DNA of 64,000 nucleotides from a virus. The stretch is from positions 64,001-128,000 of IMG/VR virus record IMGVR_UViG_3300044568_004391; one strand, 5' to 3'. Shown here one piece after another: positions 28,113 through 37,741 of the stretch; position 1 is the stretch's first letter, and the number at the start of each line of letters is the position of its first letter. The translations under genes and the position numbers were made by a program. The notes under the pieces are model-generated. The model searched no databases. It had not been told where the DNA came from and was given only the letters and a program-made list of their open reading frames with translations.

Positions 28113-28145
28113 TTTAATTTTGTTGGGGTTCATTATCTTTGGGAT

Positions 28146-28490
28146 ATGGAAAGGAAATCTGATTTGATCTTGCTTCGTTTGTTTCAAGAATTTCGGTGGG
28201 TTTCATATGGGTCTATCAAAGATCATATTAACTATAGAATTCCTGATGGGGATATGGTTTTAATTCGCAATGGTGATCCTGACAAGGAGATCTATATCCA
28301 TATGACCGGTGGTGATGCCCGGTTTAACATTGCCTTATACGAAGACCATTTTTGTGATATGTCATTGGAATATTTCAAAAAGTTTCTTCGGGTCTTTCTT
28401 TTGGAACATGGATTGCATCGGTATTCAAGGGTGGTGAAATGGGACTTCCCTTTATTTCGAAGACCTCATGGTTTCATCTCCCCTCTTTGA
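28146..28490 (+). CDS. hypothetical protein
   Basis: ORF behind TATCTTTG (28134-28141). Confidence 0.6.
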   Translation: MERKSDLILLRLFQEFRWVSYGSIKDHINYRIPDGDMVLIRNGDPDKEIYIHMTGGDARFNIALYEDHFCDMSLEYFKKFLRVFLLEHGLHRYSRVVKWDFPLFRRPHGFISPL

Positions 28491-28503
28491 GGTTAATTTA
28501 TAT

Positions 28504-28641
28504 CCCCTCCCTTATTGGTGAGGGGTTTTTTATTTTTTATTATATTTATTTGTAAATAATAATTCTATGACACAACGACTAATATTAACAGAAGAAGAAA
28601 AAAGAAACATCCAAAAGATGTATGGTATGATTAATGAACAA
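28504..28641 (+). repeat. cassette head: terminator + TATTTAT + leader-coding DNA
   Basis: Promoter and leader nearly identical to about 29040-29142; terminator nearly identical to 29472-29517. Confidence 0.85.
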
Positions 28642-28980
28642 CCTGATGACCAATTAAAAATGCTTCAAAATGAAGGTTATATTGATGTAACAGATTCTGT
28701 TCATAAAGGCGAATATGTATTAGAAATTCCTGATGGTAAAAACTATAAAGTCAAAGGTGGTGGTTATCAATTTAAGCTTTTAACAGATGATAATAAAGAA
28801 ACAGGTTATCTTTTTTTATCTGAAAATGGAGTAAGAACACCTTCTATGGAGAAAGGTCCATTCTATGTTGAGGATAATGGAAAAATGATTCGTCTTAATC
28901 AAGAATTTATAGGGATTTTAGGTCAAAATGGAAGGATTTTGTATAACCAAAAATTAAATCAAGTTAAAATTGAAAGATAA
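28567..28980 (+). CDS. leader-bearing hypothetical protein
   Basis: MTQRLILTEEEKRNIQKMYGMINEQ followed by unique cargo. Confidence 0.75.
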   Translation: MTQRLILTEEEKRNIQKMYGMINEQPDDQLKMLQNEGYIDVTDSVHKGEYVLEIPDGKNYKVKGGGYQFKLLTDDNKETGYLFLSENGVRTPSMEKGPFYVEDNGKMIRLNQEFIGILGQNGRILYNQKLNQVKIER

Positions 28981-29067
28981 ATTTTTATAAACTATATATT
29001 TAAGAACCTCTCCAATACGGGGAGGTTTTTTTGTTTTCAATTATATTTATTTGTAAACAATAATTCT

Positions 29068-29469
29068 ATGGCACAACGACTAATATTAACAGAAGAAGAA
29101 AAGAGAAACATCCAAAAGATGTATGGTATGATTAATGAACAAGAAGAGACCAATTTCGATAAAAATTACTTTATGTCTAAAAAGACGGGAACTGTAACCT
29201 TCGGTTCTCAAGCCATTCCATTAGAAGTTGACGGGATTAAGGTTTCTGACTACAAGACCCAATGGAAAAGAAATTTCAAAATAGAGAATATAGGGGGTAG
29301 AGGATTTCAACCTGGGGTTTTCACATGGACATACGGAGAGGAAGTTCCAACGGGAGTTATGGGTTATAGTACTGATTCTGATGTACGTACATCAGAACCA
29401 GGTATATCAATAAAAGATAGTGCAAATAAAGAAGTTGGCACACTTATTTTTGAGTTACCTTGGGATTAA
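29068..29469 (+). CDS. leader-bearing hypothetical protein
   Basis: MAQRLILTEEEKRNIQKMYGMINEQ followed by different cargo. Confidence 0.75.
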   Translation: MAQRLILTEEEKRNIQKMYGMINEQEETNFDKNYFMSKKTGTVTFGSQAIPLEVDGIKVSDYKTQWKRNFKIENIGGRGFQPGVFTWTYGEEVPTGVMGYSTDSDVRTSEPGISIKDSANKEVGTLIFELPWD

Positions 29470-29559
29470 ACCCCCTCCCTTATTGGTGAGGGGTTTTTTG
29501 TTTTTTATTATATTTATATATAAAATAAAATAAAATAAAATAATTTTAAAATCAATAAA

Positions 29560-29970
29560 ATGAGAAAAGTTAGATTGACGGAATCAGAATTGGTCCGTAT
29601 CATAGAAAGAATTGTAAAAGAAGAATCCTTAACGGGAGGTAGATCAAAACCAGAATTCAAAGGTAGATTGGCTAAATCCAAAAAAGATTTTGGGATGGGA
29701 TGGAGAGATGAATATGACAGCCCATCTGAAGGACCAGGTGAGAGATCAGGTTCGATTGTGAGTTATGAAGATTTTATGCGTTTCGCAGAAGACCACCCCG
29801 ATTTGGCTGAGTTTTATTTTGGTTGGGCCGGTGATGAATCAGGTGAAGTTTTTGACAAATATGGTGGTGTAGATCTATTTAATCCTGAAGAAGATATGGC
29901 AAATCTTGAAGAGATGAAAAGAAAAGTCAGAGTTATGGAAAATAAACTCAAAAGGAAAATGGGAAGATAA
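29560..29970 (+). CDS. leader-bearing hypothetical protein
   Basis: MRKVRLTESELVRIIERIVKE; TATTTAT at 29511. Confidence 0.75.
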   Translation: MRKVRLTESELVRIIERIVKEESLTGGRSKPEFKGRLAKSKKDFGMGWRDEYDSPSEGPGERSGSIVSYEDFMRFAEDHPDLAEFYFGWAGDESGEVFDKYGGVDLFNPEEDMANLEEMKRKVRVMENKLKRKMGR

Positions 29971-29974
29971 CAAA

Positions 29975-30382
29975 ATGAAAAAAGTTGTAAGATTAACGGA
30001 AAATGATTTGATTAGATTAACCAAGAGAGTTCTACTCGAATCGAAAGCTCAAGAGGCGGTAGACACCGCCTTTGAAAAATTTGAATCAGGTCAAAAACCT
30101 CCAGCAGGTATGGTTCAAAATGTAAAAAAATGTTTGGAGAATACACCTCTCAGAAATATTGTTTTGGCTGGGGGAGATGTTGCTCAGTTAATTTTGAGTG
30201 TATTAGCATTGACGTTACTTGTCATGGTTGGTTGGGAAGCAGCATTGGTTGTGGCGGGGATTCATGGGGCACTTAGTATTTTAGAACACACATATAAAAT
30301 AAAAGGTGTAAATGTTTTTGCAAAATCAGAAAAAGATATAAAATTTTTCGTTAATTGTTTACAATCAAAAGGGGTAATTTAA
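29975..30382 (+). CDS. leader-bearing protein with hydrophobic hairpin
   Basis: MKKVVRLTENDLIRLTKRVLLE; internal TM-like stretch. Confidence 0.7.
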   Translation: MKKVVRLTENDLIRLTKRVLLESKAQEAVDTAFEKFESGQKPPAGMVQNVKKCLENTPLRNIVLAGGDVAQLILSVLALTLLVMVGWEAALVVAGIHGALSILEHTYKIKGVNVFAKSEKDIKFFVNCLQSKGVI

Positions 30383-30427
30383 TAATCGATATTTCTTCTT
30401 TTATTGGAATAAAAAATAAAATTATTT

Positions 30428-30455
30428 CGGGGACCGAATTGGTCCCCTTTTTTTT
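30428..30455 (+). terminator. intrinsic terminator
   Basis: ggggacc-gaatt-ggtcccc plus T-tract. Confidence 0.8.
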
Positions 30456-30530
30456 GAAATCTAAAATTTCTGGAAAATTTTTTGATATTATGGGGGTTTA
30501 TTCTTATGTTTATAATATAGACCCAAAATT

Positions 30531-30959
30531 ATGAAACATATCATTTCCGTTATTTGTTTTATGATCTTCTCTCTTGTGGGAAGTTCACAAACCATCACAA
30601 AGGCTGCCATCTATAGATCCACCAATCAGAAGATTTCCATTTCAGAATTTGCTGGCGGTGCCATCATCTTCTATTATCAAAATCCTGACTATACTCACAT
30701 CGTTGACCTCCTTCATTTCGGGGTTCAAAACAAGACCGAAGCTCTTGCTCTTATGGATGAATGTCTTCATGTTTTGAGTATGGAAAAAACCGGACAAGAC
30801 CAACATATCTATCATAACTATAAATTCCATCAGATCATCCGGTATGGGTTCAATCAAAACTCCGTCATCATCGGCCGGTTATATCTGAATGCCAAAACCA
30901 TCGAGGAAATCAAACTTGCTCTTCTGAACTATTCTTATTCATCAATCAAAAATCAATAA
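30531..30959 (+). CDS. exported hypothetical protein
   Basis: Bacteroidota-style signal peptide ending SS-Q. Confidence 0.65.
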   Translation: MKHIISVICFMIFSLVGSSQTITKAAIYRSTNQKISISEFAGGAIIFYYQNPDYTHIVDLLHFGVQNKTEALALMDECLHVLSMEKTGQDQHIYHNYKFHQIIRYGFNQNSVIIGRLYLNAKTIEEIKLALLNYSYSSIKNQ

Positions 30960-30960
30960 T

Positions 30961-31569
30961 ATGAAAAAAGTTATTATCTTAATTTGTTTGGGACTTATTT
31001 CCTTGACCTCTTCTTCCCAACAATATATCGATATATTTCATTCAAGTCGCGGACCACATGTGATTAGCGCTTGTGAAGATGGAAAAGGTGGTTATGTTCA
31101 TTTCTATCAAATGGAACCTATGGGGTTTTCAAGATCTACTCTTCTCTTTTTTGAAAATAAATCTGAAGACGATTCTCTGTCCGATGATTTTTATGAGGTG
31201 ATTGACTTAACAAAAAAAATGTTAAAAAGAAAATATGTTGAAAAAAGAAAGGAAACTCCCGACACAACTCTTGTCAATTTCACCACAAATATGAAATGTG
31301 CCTTTCTTCATAAGGATGTTTGGTATTTTGATCGTGATGTAAACCTTTCTTATGAACTCACCAGAGAACCTTGGGGTATGGAAATAAAGGTCGAAACTGA
31401 TCGTCTCTGCGATGATAAAAACCCAAATATCTGCGTCCAAGGTGGAAGGTTTGTATTTTTGGATTATGAAGATTTTTATCTCTTCCCACTTTATTATTTG
31501 GATTGGGATGATGTGAATAGAATTCTAAACGAAAAAAAATCTCTTGAGCAATATTTTATTGATCAATAA
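30961..31569 (+). CDS. exported hypothetical protein
   Basis: Signal peptide ending SS-Q. Confidence 0.65.
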   Translation: MKKVIILICLGLISLTSSSQQYIDIFHSSRGPHVISACEDGKGGYVHFYQMEPMGFSRSTLLFFENKSEDDSLSDDFYEVIDLTKKMLKRKYVEKRKETPDTTLVNFTTNMKCAFLHKDVWYFDRDVNLSYELTREPWGMEIKVETDRLCDDKNPNICVQGGRFVFLDYEDFYLFPLYYLDWDDVNRILNEKKSLEQYFIDQ

Positions 31570-31599
31570 TTTTTATTGTTTCCCTATGTATTTATTAAT

Positions 31600-32028
31600 A
31601 TGGGAAAAAGAATTGTAATTTCAGAAAATGAGAAAGTAAAAATTCGTAAGTTATATGGATTGTCTGAAGGACTTGATTTTGAGCAGATCATGCTTGGGAT
31701 CGGGTCCATCATTTTTTTAAGAAAGTTTTTTCAAGGACTTCGTTCTGATCCCAAATTCAAAGCATTATTTCTTCGTGATGAAGATGTGGAACAGAATATC
31801 AAACACTTGGATAAGGTGATGGAAAGATATTTGAATGGTCTCGATGAGTATTACAGTGATATTGAAGAATATGACCGGGTGGAAATTCGTGATATATATG
31901 AAAACGATATTAAACCTTTGCTCAGAGAAAAGAAACTTGTGGATATGGAAGATATTGTGAATTATTTGAGTTACAAACTAGATTATCTTAACAAACAAAA
32001 GGAAAAGAAATTCTTTTCCAAAGATTGA
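31600..32028 (+). CDS. leader-bearing hypothetical protein
   Basis: MGKRIVISENEKVKIRKLYGLSE; TATTTAT at 31589. Confidence 0.7.
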   Translation: MGKRIVISENEKVKIRKLYGLSEGLDFEQIMLGIGSIIFLRKFFQGLRSDPKFKALFLRDEDVEQNIKHLDKVMERYLNGLDEYYSDIEEYDRVEIRDIYENDIKPLLREKKLVDMEDIVNYLSYKLDYLNKQKEKKFFSKD

Positions 32029-32074
32029 CCCCCCTTTTAATATGGGTGTAGTATATTTATCATAAAAAAATACA

Positions 32075-32422
32075 ATGAAAAAAATAGTTAGACTTACAGA
32101 ATCCGATCTCGTTAAAATTATCGAACGAGTAATCGAAGAGGGAAAGACAGATAAAGGAGTTAAGGAAAAGGATGTTGACGTAAAAATTGAAACATTTCAA
32201 GATTCCATAAAAAACCATCTCAAATCAAAAGATAATGTTACGGTTAAAAAGGTGGGGGATGATTTTGAAATTCATTCTGATGGTGATCATATCGGTCAGG
32301 TTATGTTTAGGAAAGAAGGGATTACAGTAAAAAAAGTTGGAAACAAGTTTGGAAAGAAATTCGATTTCAACGAACTCGGGAATATAAAAAAGGAAATTAA
32401 TCGGATAATAAAAGAAGATTGA
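32075..32422 (+). CDS. leader-bearing hypothetical protein
   Basis: MKKIVRLTESDLVKIIERVIEE; TATTTAT at 32054. Confidence 0.75.
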   Translation: MKKIVRLTESDLVKIIERVIEEGKTDKGVKEKDVDVKIETFQDSIKNHLKSKDNVTVKKVGDDFEIHSDGDHIGQVMFRKEGITVKKVGNKFGKKFDFNELGNIKKEINRIIKED

Positions 32423-32487
32423 ATATTTTAAACCCTCCGCCTTCAAGGAGGGTTTTTTATTTGAATTATTTTTCTTATATTTGTTTT

Positions 32488-32979
32488 ATGAAATACATCC
32501 TCCTTATTTTTGGTCTTTTGGTTTCATCACAGGTGATGAGCCAAACTTTCTACTCTGATTTCATCAGTGACCCAATCGATGGTGAACATGGTTTTGTTGG
32601 AAATGGAGATATTCAATTCCATCAATTTTCTGACACACCCGACTCTGTGGTGGTTTTCGGAATCACCGATTCATATTTCTGTGAAGATTCATTTTTGTAT
32701 GTTGAATTTGCTGTTATGGTTAATGGTGTATGGAACAATCATGAACTTATGCTTTATCCATATAACACATCCAAATGGGCATACCTCGATTTTCATATCA
32801 ACGACCCACTTATTCAGGATCTCATTAGGGGATCCAAATATGTTTATAAGTATATCGATGCTCACTGTAGTATTGAACGAGGTGAGGGATCACTTGCTGG
32901 TGTGACCGCCGGATTTAAGAAAGCCGGTATTCCAATCAGATGGAAAGATGGTGTAAATCACGGGTTGAGTGCTTGGTGA
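32488..32979 (+). CDS. exported hypothetical protein
   Basis: Start MKYILLIFG after TATATTTG (32476); signal peptide ending MS-Q; flanked by near-identical terminators at 32430 and 32998. Confidence 0.65.
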   Translation: MKYILLIFGLLVSSQVMSQTFYSDFISDPIDGEHGFVGNGDIQFHQFSDTPDSVVVFGITDSYFCEDSFLYVEFAVMVNGVWNNHELMLYPYNTSKWAYLDFHINDPLIQDLIRGSKYVYKYIDAHCSIERGEGSLAGVTAGFKKAGIPIRWKDGVNHGLSAW

Positions 32980-33056
32980 TAAACAATTTAAATTTTGAAC
33001 CCTCCCCCTTCAAGGAGGGTTTTTTTATTTTCGATATATTTATAAAGAAAAATAAG

Positions 33057-34472
33057 ATGTATATTTCTGAATCTGAAAAGAGGCATATCTTAAAACTCTA
33101 TAATCTATTGATTGAAGATACAAGACCTCTGCAAAAACTCAGAGAATGTAAAATTTCGAGTGACGGTCGATATATTGTCTATGATAATCAAGTTTACCTA
33201 ACATCTACGGGGGAACTTGCTCCAATATCTGAAGCGTGGTCATTAAGTGACATTCTTCACACAGGTGCGGACTTAGTATCTATGGGTATGGATTTTGTTA
33301 TTCCTGGATCAGGTGCTGTAATCGACGTTCTCAATGCATTGAGTTATATAATCGAGGCTCAATTCGTTGATCCCGAAAAGAAAGATTCTCTTTATATAAT
33401 GGCGGCAATAACTTTCGGTTTCGTCATCCTTCCTGGTCCACTACAAGCCGTGGCGGTTCCGTTGAAAAGAGCGGTTAAGACAGGTGTTGGATTGGCAAGT
33501 AAAACCGTAGTTGCAGGGTTGAAAATAATTGGGAAATCATTGGATGTTTTACTCGTTAAGATTCCTGAGTATATTGGTCAGGCTCTAAAATCCAAAATGG
33601 GTAAAAGATTATTGGGAAAATGGGGTGATCGATTGAGTGGTTTTATAAGTGGGTTTACTTCAAGAATAAAGACTATATTAAGATCAATTGGATCTGCACC
33701 AACTGCCACCAGGGCTGGTACTCAAACTGCAACTAGAAAATTACTTCAAACGCTCTCTAAAGCTCAACCACAATTTCTCAAAAATTTCATGTCCAAATTA
33801 CCTAAGATTAATAAGGGTAAGATGGTCTTAAGAAAGTTGGGTTTTGCACAAGGTCGATCCTATAGATACGTAGGTAAGTCAGGTAAAGCGTCAACCGCAA
33901 CGATAGTGGGTATTACAGATTCTACGGTAAGAATTTCTTTTAAAACAGGATCCAAAGTTGCTGAATCTACAGTTCCTATAAATACATTTATTTCACGAGC
34001 TGTCGGAGCTCCTTGGATAAGAAGGGGTGCAGGAGTCACAGTTCCATTTTTCATAAAGAGATTTGCGGATTGCTTGACTTCAGATGGAAGTGTGGATGAA
34101 GCGGCGTTGGAAAAATTATCCGATATAAATCCTGATGTGACATCAGAAGAGTCATTGAATTACTTAAGGGAAGAAGTTGCAAGTTACGAAGGGGAAACTG
34201 GTCAATATACAGAAAACGAAAATGCCCAATTATTTCAAGAAGCTTTGAAAAAATTGGAATATGATCTTGGTAATTTTGGGCCCAATAAGGATGGTATCGA
34301 TGGTAAATTTGGACCAAAGACCAAATCGGCTTTGGAAAAATTCCAAACAAAAAACGGTTTAGAGGATTCTCTGGGTAAAATGGACAGAATAACGGCAAAT
34401 ACTCTTGCCGATAGATTACCGGATGATGATGAAACTGCAATTAAATTAAGAAAATTAGTTTACCCGGATTAG
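33057..34472 (+). CDS. leader-bearing protein with pre-toxin-like hydrophobic region and C-terminal peptidoglycan-binding domain
   Basis: MYISESEKRHILKLYNLLIE; DFVIPGSGAVIDVLNALSY; FQEALKKL..DGIDGKFGPKTKSALEKFQ. Confidence 0.7.
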   Translation: MYISESEKRHILKLYNLLIEDTRPLQKLRECKISSDGRYIVYDNQVYLTSTGELAPISEAWSLSDILHTGADLVSMGMDFVIPGSGAVIDVLNALSYIIEAQFVDPEKKDSLYIMAAITFGFVILPGPLQAVAVPLKRAVKTGVGLASKTVVAGLKIIGKSLDVLLVKIPEYIGQALKSKMGKRLLGKWGDRLSGFISGFTSRIKTILRSIGSAPTATRAGTQTATRKLLQTLSKAQPQFLKNFMSKLPKINKGKMVLRKLGFAQGRSYRYVGKSGKASTATIVGITDSTVRISFKTGSKVAESTVPINTFISRAVGAPWIRRGAGVTVPFFIKRFADCLTSDGSVDEAALEKLSDINPDVTSEESLNYLREEVASYEGETGQYTENENAQLFQEALKKLEYDLGNFGPNKDGIDGKFGPKTKSALEKFQTKNGLEDSLGKMDRITANTLADRLPDDDETAIKLRKLVYPD

Positions 34473-34483
34473 AATTTATCATT

Positions 34484-35332
34484 ATGAAGTATGACGAAAA
34501 AAGAATAAGAAAAGTATTATCGGCTTTTAAATCATATTATGGTGAGGATAAGCCTAAACCAAGATATGGTAGTTGGTATGATTTTGATATACCTAATGTT
34601 TTTAAAAGTTTGGGTTATCCCGAAAAGTTTTTGCAAGCTCTGTTGAAACATAATATTGAATTTTATGAGATATGGGACGATCCTGAATATAAAATTGTCA
34701 TACCTAAAGAAAAAACATTTGATGTTGTGATTGACTGGATGGGAAGACAATATTTAACTAAAAGTTATGGTCATAGAATTGATGCGTTTGATAAAGATGA
34801 TATTGAAGATATGATTTCAAACTGTAACCCGTGTTATGATGAAGGTGATGAAATGGACGTTGATTATGGTGATTCAGATGGAGAGTGGGAAATAACGTCT
34901 TTTGAACAAATAACGGAATCCGATTACCAACGAATTAAAAGTAAACTTTTGATAAAAGAATCCGATAAGGAAAATTCAAAAGAAGAAAAATTGATGAGAT
35001 TTTTGAATATATATATGGACCAAATTTTGGACGGAGGTGTTTGGTATGATGATGAGAATTATTGGTTCATAAATCCTGAAACCAAAGAATGGATTTTTGA
35101 ATATCGTAAAAAAACGAAGTATGTGTTTTTTTATAGAAAATATTTTGAGATTATACAAGACCTTACAGGAATGAAATCTCCAATTACAACCGAATTGAAA
35201 AAAATACTCACTAAATGGGTGTCAAAGAAATTTGGTTTTAATGTAGAAGATGTTATACCTTATTATAGTGAAGAAAGGGCTACGGTGAGAGATGTATTAC
35301 AAAAAAATAATAGGTGGGACGAGATGAATTAA
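34484..35332 (+). CDS. two-domain hypothetical protein, paralog of 61179-61841
   Basis: IVIPKEK..IDAFDKDDIE..DEG matches VIIPEKK..VEGYDKEQVE..WEG; internal ITESDYQRIKSKLLIKE. Confidence 0.65.
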   Translation: MKYDEKRIRKVLSAFKSYYGEDKPKPRYGSWYDFDIPNVFKSLGYPEKFLQALLKHNIEFYEIWDDPEYKIVIPKEKTFDVVIDWMGRQYLTKSYGHRIDAFDKDDIEDMISNCNPCYDEGDEMDVDYGDSDGEWEITSFEQITESDYQRIKSKLLIKESDKENSKEEKLMRFLNIYMDQILDGGVWYDDENYWFINPETKEWIFEYRKKTKYVFFYRKYFEIIQDLTGMKSPITTELKKILTKWVSKKFGFNVEDVIPYYSEERATVRDVLQKNNRWDEMN

Positions 35333-35345
35333 TAACAACCCACCT

Positions 35346-36032
35346 TTAGTGGGTTTTTTTTTGGATTATAAAAAACAAAATACCTGAAACAAAACCCCCA
35401 AGATGTGCGTAATCTCCTGATCCTATGTAGTGAGAAAATTCAGGTTCGGTAAAAAAAACTGTGGAAATCATTTCAAATAGGACATACCCAATGAAAAGAT
35501 TTATAAGTATTTTCCGAATTTCCAAGAAGTTAAAAAGAAGATACATAATGGCCATTGAAAAAATAATACCTGAAAAACCTTTTGTATTACCAACAGAATA
35601 TAGGTAATTTTCTACTTGAATTTGTTGGTCAAAAGTTAAATTTTCTTCTTGGTAGTCGTAAGGATCAATACCCTCCTCCATAAGATATTTCGAAGAACTC
35701 ATGTATTTGGTATGTTGGTGGTATTGAGCAAAAGATAAGGATACAATTCCTGCCATCACCATAGATAAGATGTAGCTTCTTGTTCCCAACTTATTTTCCA
35801 AGAAAGGTCCCACCAAAAACAAAACCAACAAATTTCCAAAGATATGGAGTGGGTCGTATAGGTTATGAATGAATAAGGAGGTGATTGGTTGAAACCATTT
35901 AAAATCTTCGGTAAAAGTCCCATATAACCCAAATTGGACACAAAGATCCAAGTTAAAAATGATGGAGATCAGATGAATCACCACCATAAGAATAATTAAA
36001 CTTTTTGTGACGATTGGAACTTTGAAATTCAT
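35346..36032 (-). CDS. rhomboid intramembrane serine protease
   Basis: ITSLFIH, HIFGN, GFSG and AHLGG motifs; multiple TMs; TATATTTG promoter at 36037-36044. Confidence 0.85.
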   Translation of the reverse strand: MNFKVPIVTKSLIILMVVIHLISIIFNLDLCVQFGLYGTFTEDFKWFQPITSLFIHNLYDPLHIFGNLLVLFLVGPFLENKLGTRSYILSMVMAGIVSLSFAQYHQHTKYMSSSKYLMEEGIDPYDYQEENLTFDQQIQVENYLYSVGNTKGFSGIIFSMAIMYLLFNFLEIRKILINLFIGYVLFEMISTVFFTEPEFSHYIGSGDYAHLGGFVSGILFFIIQKKTH

Positions 36033-36061
36033 AAATCAAATATACAGAATATATTTGACTT

Positions 36062-37633
36062 TTACAAATTATCTCTCACTGATTCATTTATCTCTTTATT
36101 ACTAGGGTTAGGATAAACATCAAAATCAAATTTTTCTTTATCGTAGAAGGTGGTTTCGTTTACTATATCCCAAAACGCACTCATAATACTCAACCGATCA
36201 TCAGAACGATGAAAATTCTGATCAAATAACTCTTGAACAAAATCGTCATCCAATAACGTGAGTGTTTGGGTTAAATCAACTTCCAACTTCAAACCCTCCT
36301 CTGTGAGTTCTATAACATGTCCATATTCACTAAGTGAATTTTTGAGTCGATCATATAATTTACCACTAACATCCGATTCTTCAGCATTTATTACCCCCCA
36401 CCTAATTGCGTTTTCAATATCTCCATCATCGTACTCTTGAAATATTTCATATAAATTACCATCTTCTTCTTCACTGATGGTGACACCTTGTTTTTTAGCT
36501 TTTTCTATGAGTTTGGAACGAATAATCTGATCGGTTTTTGAATCTGATACATACTTAAAGAACCCTTCAATATCCACATGGCTTGAATCTCCCCAATATT
36601 CAAAATTTCCATTTACAATTTTTACAACGGGGTGTTCAAATGTGTATTCGTACTGTATTCTATTATCAGGCACCTTTATTCGTTTTTGAATTCTTATAGG
36701 ATCCAAACCACCAACTAAGTACCATATATCCTCTAATTCAATATTCAAAACTTCGGACAATGGGAAGTCCTCTGGTTTTATGCGACCTTCTTTAAATAAT
36801 TTATATCTTGTATAACCATCTGTAAATAAATCCGGTCTATCTTCCAATAACTTTTTCATTTCTTCTTCAGTTAAATCGGATATTTTAAAATCACTTGACG
36901 ATTGATATTCTCTCCCGAAATCTTTGATAAAATACTCACCATCTTCATCTGTGAGATAAAGAAGATCAATTATGTATTTGTGATATTTGCTTTGTGGTTT
37001 TGAGTTTTTCGGACCTTTCATCTGATAAATCACCCCGTCAGGACTAATTGCTGCCGTGAGGTGAGATTTATTAAGTTTGAATTTGGGGTTCAGAGTTTTT
37101 ACTTCCCTCAAAGAATATATGTTCCCTGATGAACTTCTACCACAATGTCCCATCCTTTCACACTCTTCGGGCGAGTTACTTGTCTCTAAATCCGCCCAAT
37201 AAAATCCATCTCCATTTTCATTTCTAAAATCCAATATGACAGGATTTTTTTCAACGTAATTTATATCACCCTGACCTACTTCAAGGGAGTCGTGCCATTC
37301 TCTTGATTTTTTATATAACTCATCGAAGGTGAGAATCATAAACGGTTTTACATTTCCATCCAAACCAACTCTGATCCAATCCATTATAGATGTCATGGTA
37401 TTCATAGCTGTGGATAAAGAAAGTGAATTAATTCTACTCAATGCTTCTTCTTTTGATTCACCTCTGTGTTTTTGAACTCTTTCTATAAATTTATTTGCCA
37501 ACCAAACCGACAAAGGCCCGGCAATTCTATCTACCATTTCCGCATTTTCTGCACTAAGTCCAACCTTATCTATTAGGATTTTTTTCTTGGATGCTTCTAA
37601 AATAATAGATGTTAAATTATCTAACAGTTTCAT
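36062..37633 (-). CDS. PcfJ-like domain protein with leader (MKLLDNLTSIILE)
   Basis: SREWHDSL, EECERMGHCG, IYSLR and QMKGPKNSKP; TATTTAT at 37648-37654. Confidence 0.6.
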   Translation of the reverse strand: MKLLDNLTSIILEASKKKILIDKVGLSAENAEMVDRIAGPLSVWLANKFIERVQKHRGESKEEALSRINSLSLSTAMNTMTSIMDWIRVGLDGNVKPFMILTFDELYKKSREWHDSLEVGQGDINYVEKNPVILDFRNENGDGFYWADLETSNSPEECERMGHCGRSSSGNIYSLREVKTLNPKFKLNKSHLTAAISPDGVIYQMKGPKNSKPQSKYHKYIIDLLYLTDEDGEYFIKDFGREYQSSSDFKISDLTEEEMKKLLEDRPDLFTDGYTRYKLFKEGRIKPEDFPLSEVLNIELEDIWYLVGGLDPIRIQKRIKVPDNRIQYEYTFEHPVVKIVNGNFEYWGDSSHVDIEGFFKYVSDSKTDQIIRSKLIEKAKKQGVTISEEEDGNLYEIFQEYDDGDIENAIRWGVINAEESDVSGKLYDRLKNSLSEYGHVIELTEEGLKLEVDLTQTLTLLDDDFVQELFDQNFHRSDDRLSIMSAFWDIVNETTFYDKEKFDFDVYPNPSNKEINESVRDNL

Positions 37634-37741
37634 AAAAAGACTTTTCAATAAATATATGAATTATGTTGATTTGGGGATAAAAGATGAAAAAAACTTGTTT
37701 TGGTTTTTGTCAAATAGATAAACATTTATTATCTTTGTAAT

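Noticed and set aside
29521-29543. (TAAAA)n simple repeat
   Set aside because: Low-complexity A-rich translation-initiation region, expected in Bacteroidota-type UTRs.
22593-33056. Upstream in-frame extensions of ORFs 22593, 26653, 27020, 31576, 32419 and 32940 (also 13421, 58046)
   Set aside because: They run through terminators, promoters or neighbouring genes; paralogous leaders or signal peptides define the later ATG.
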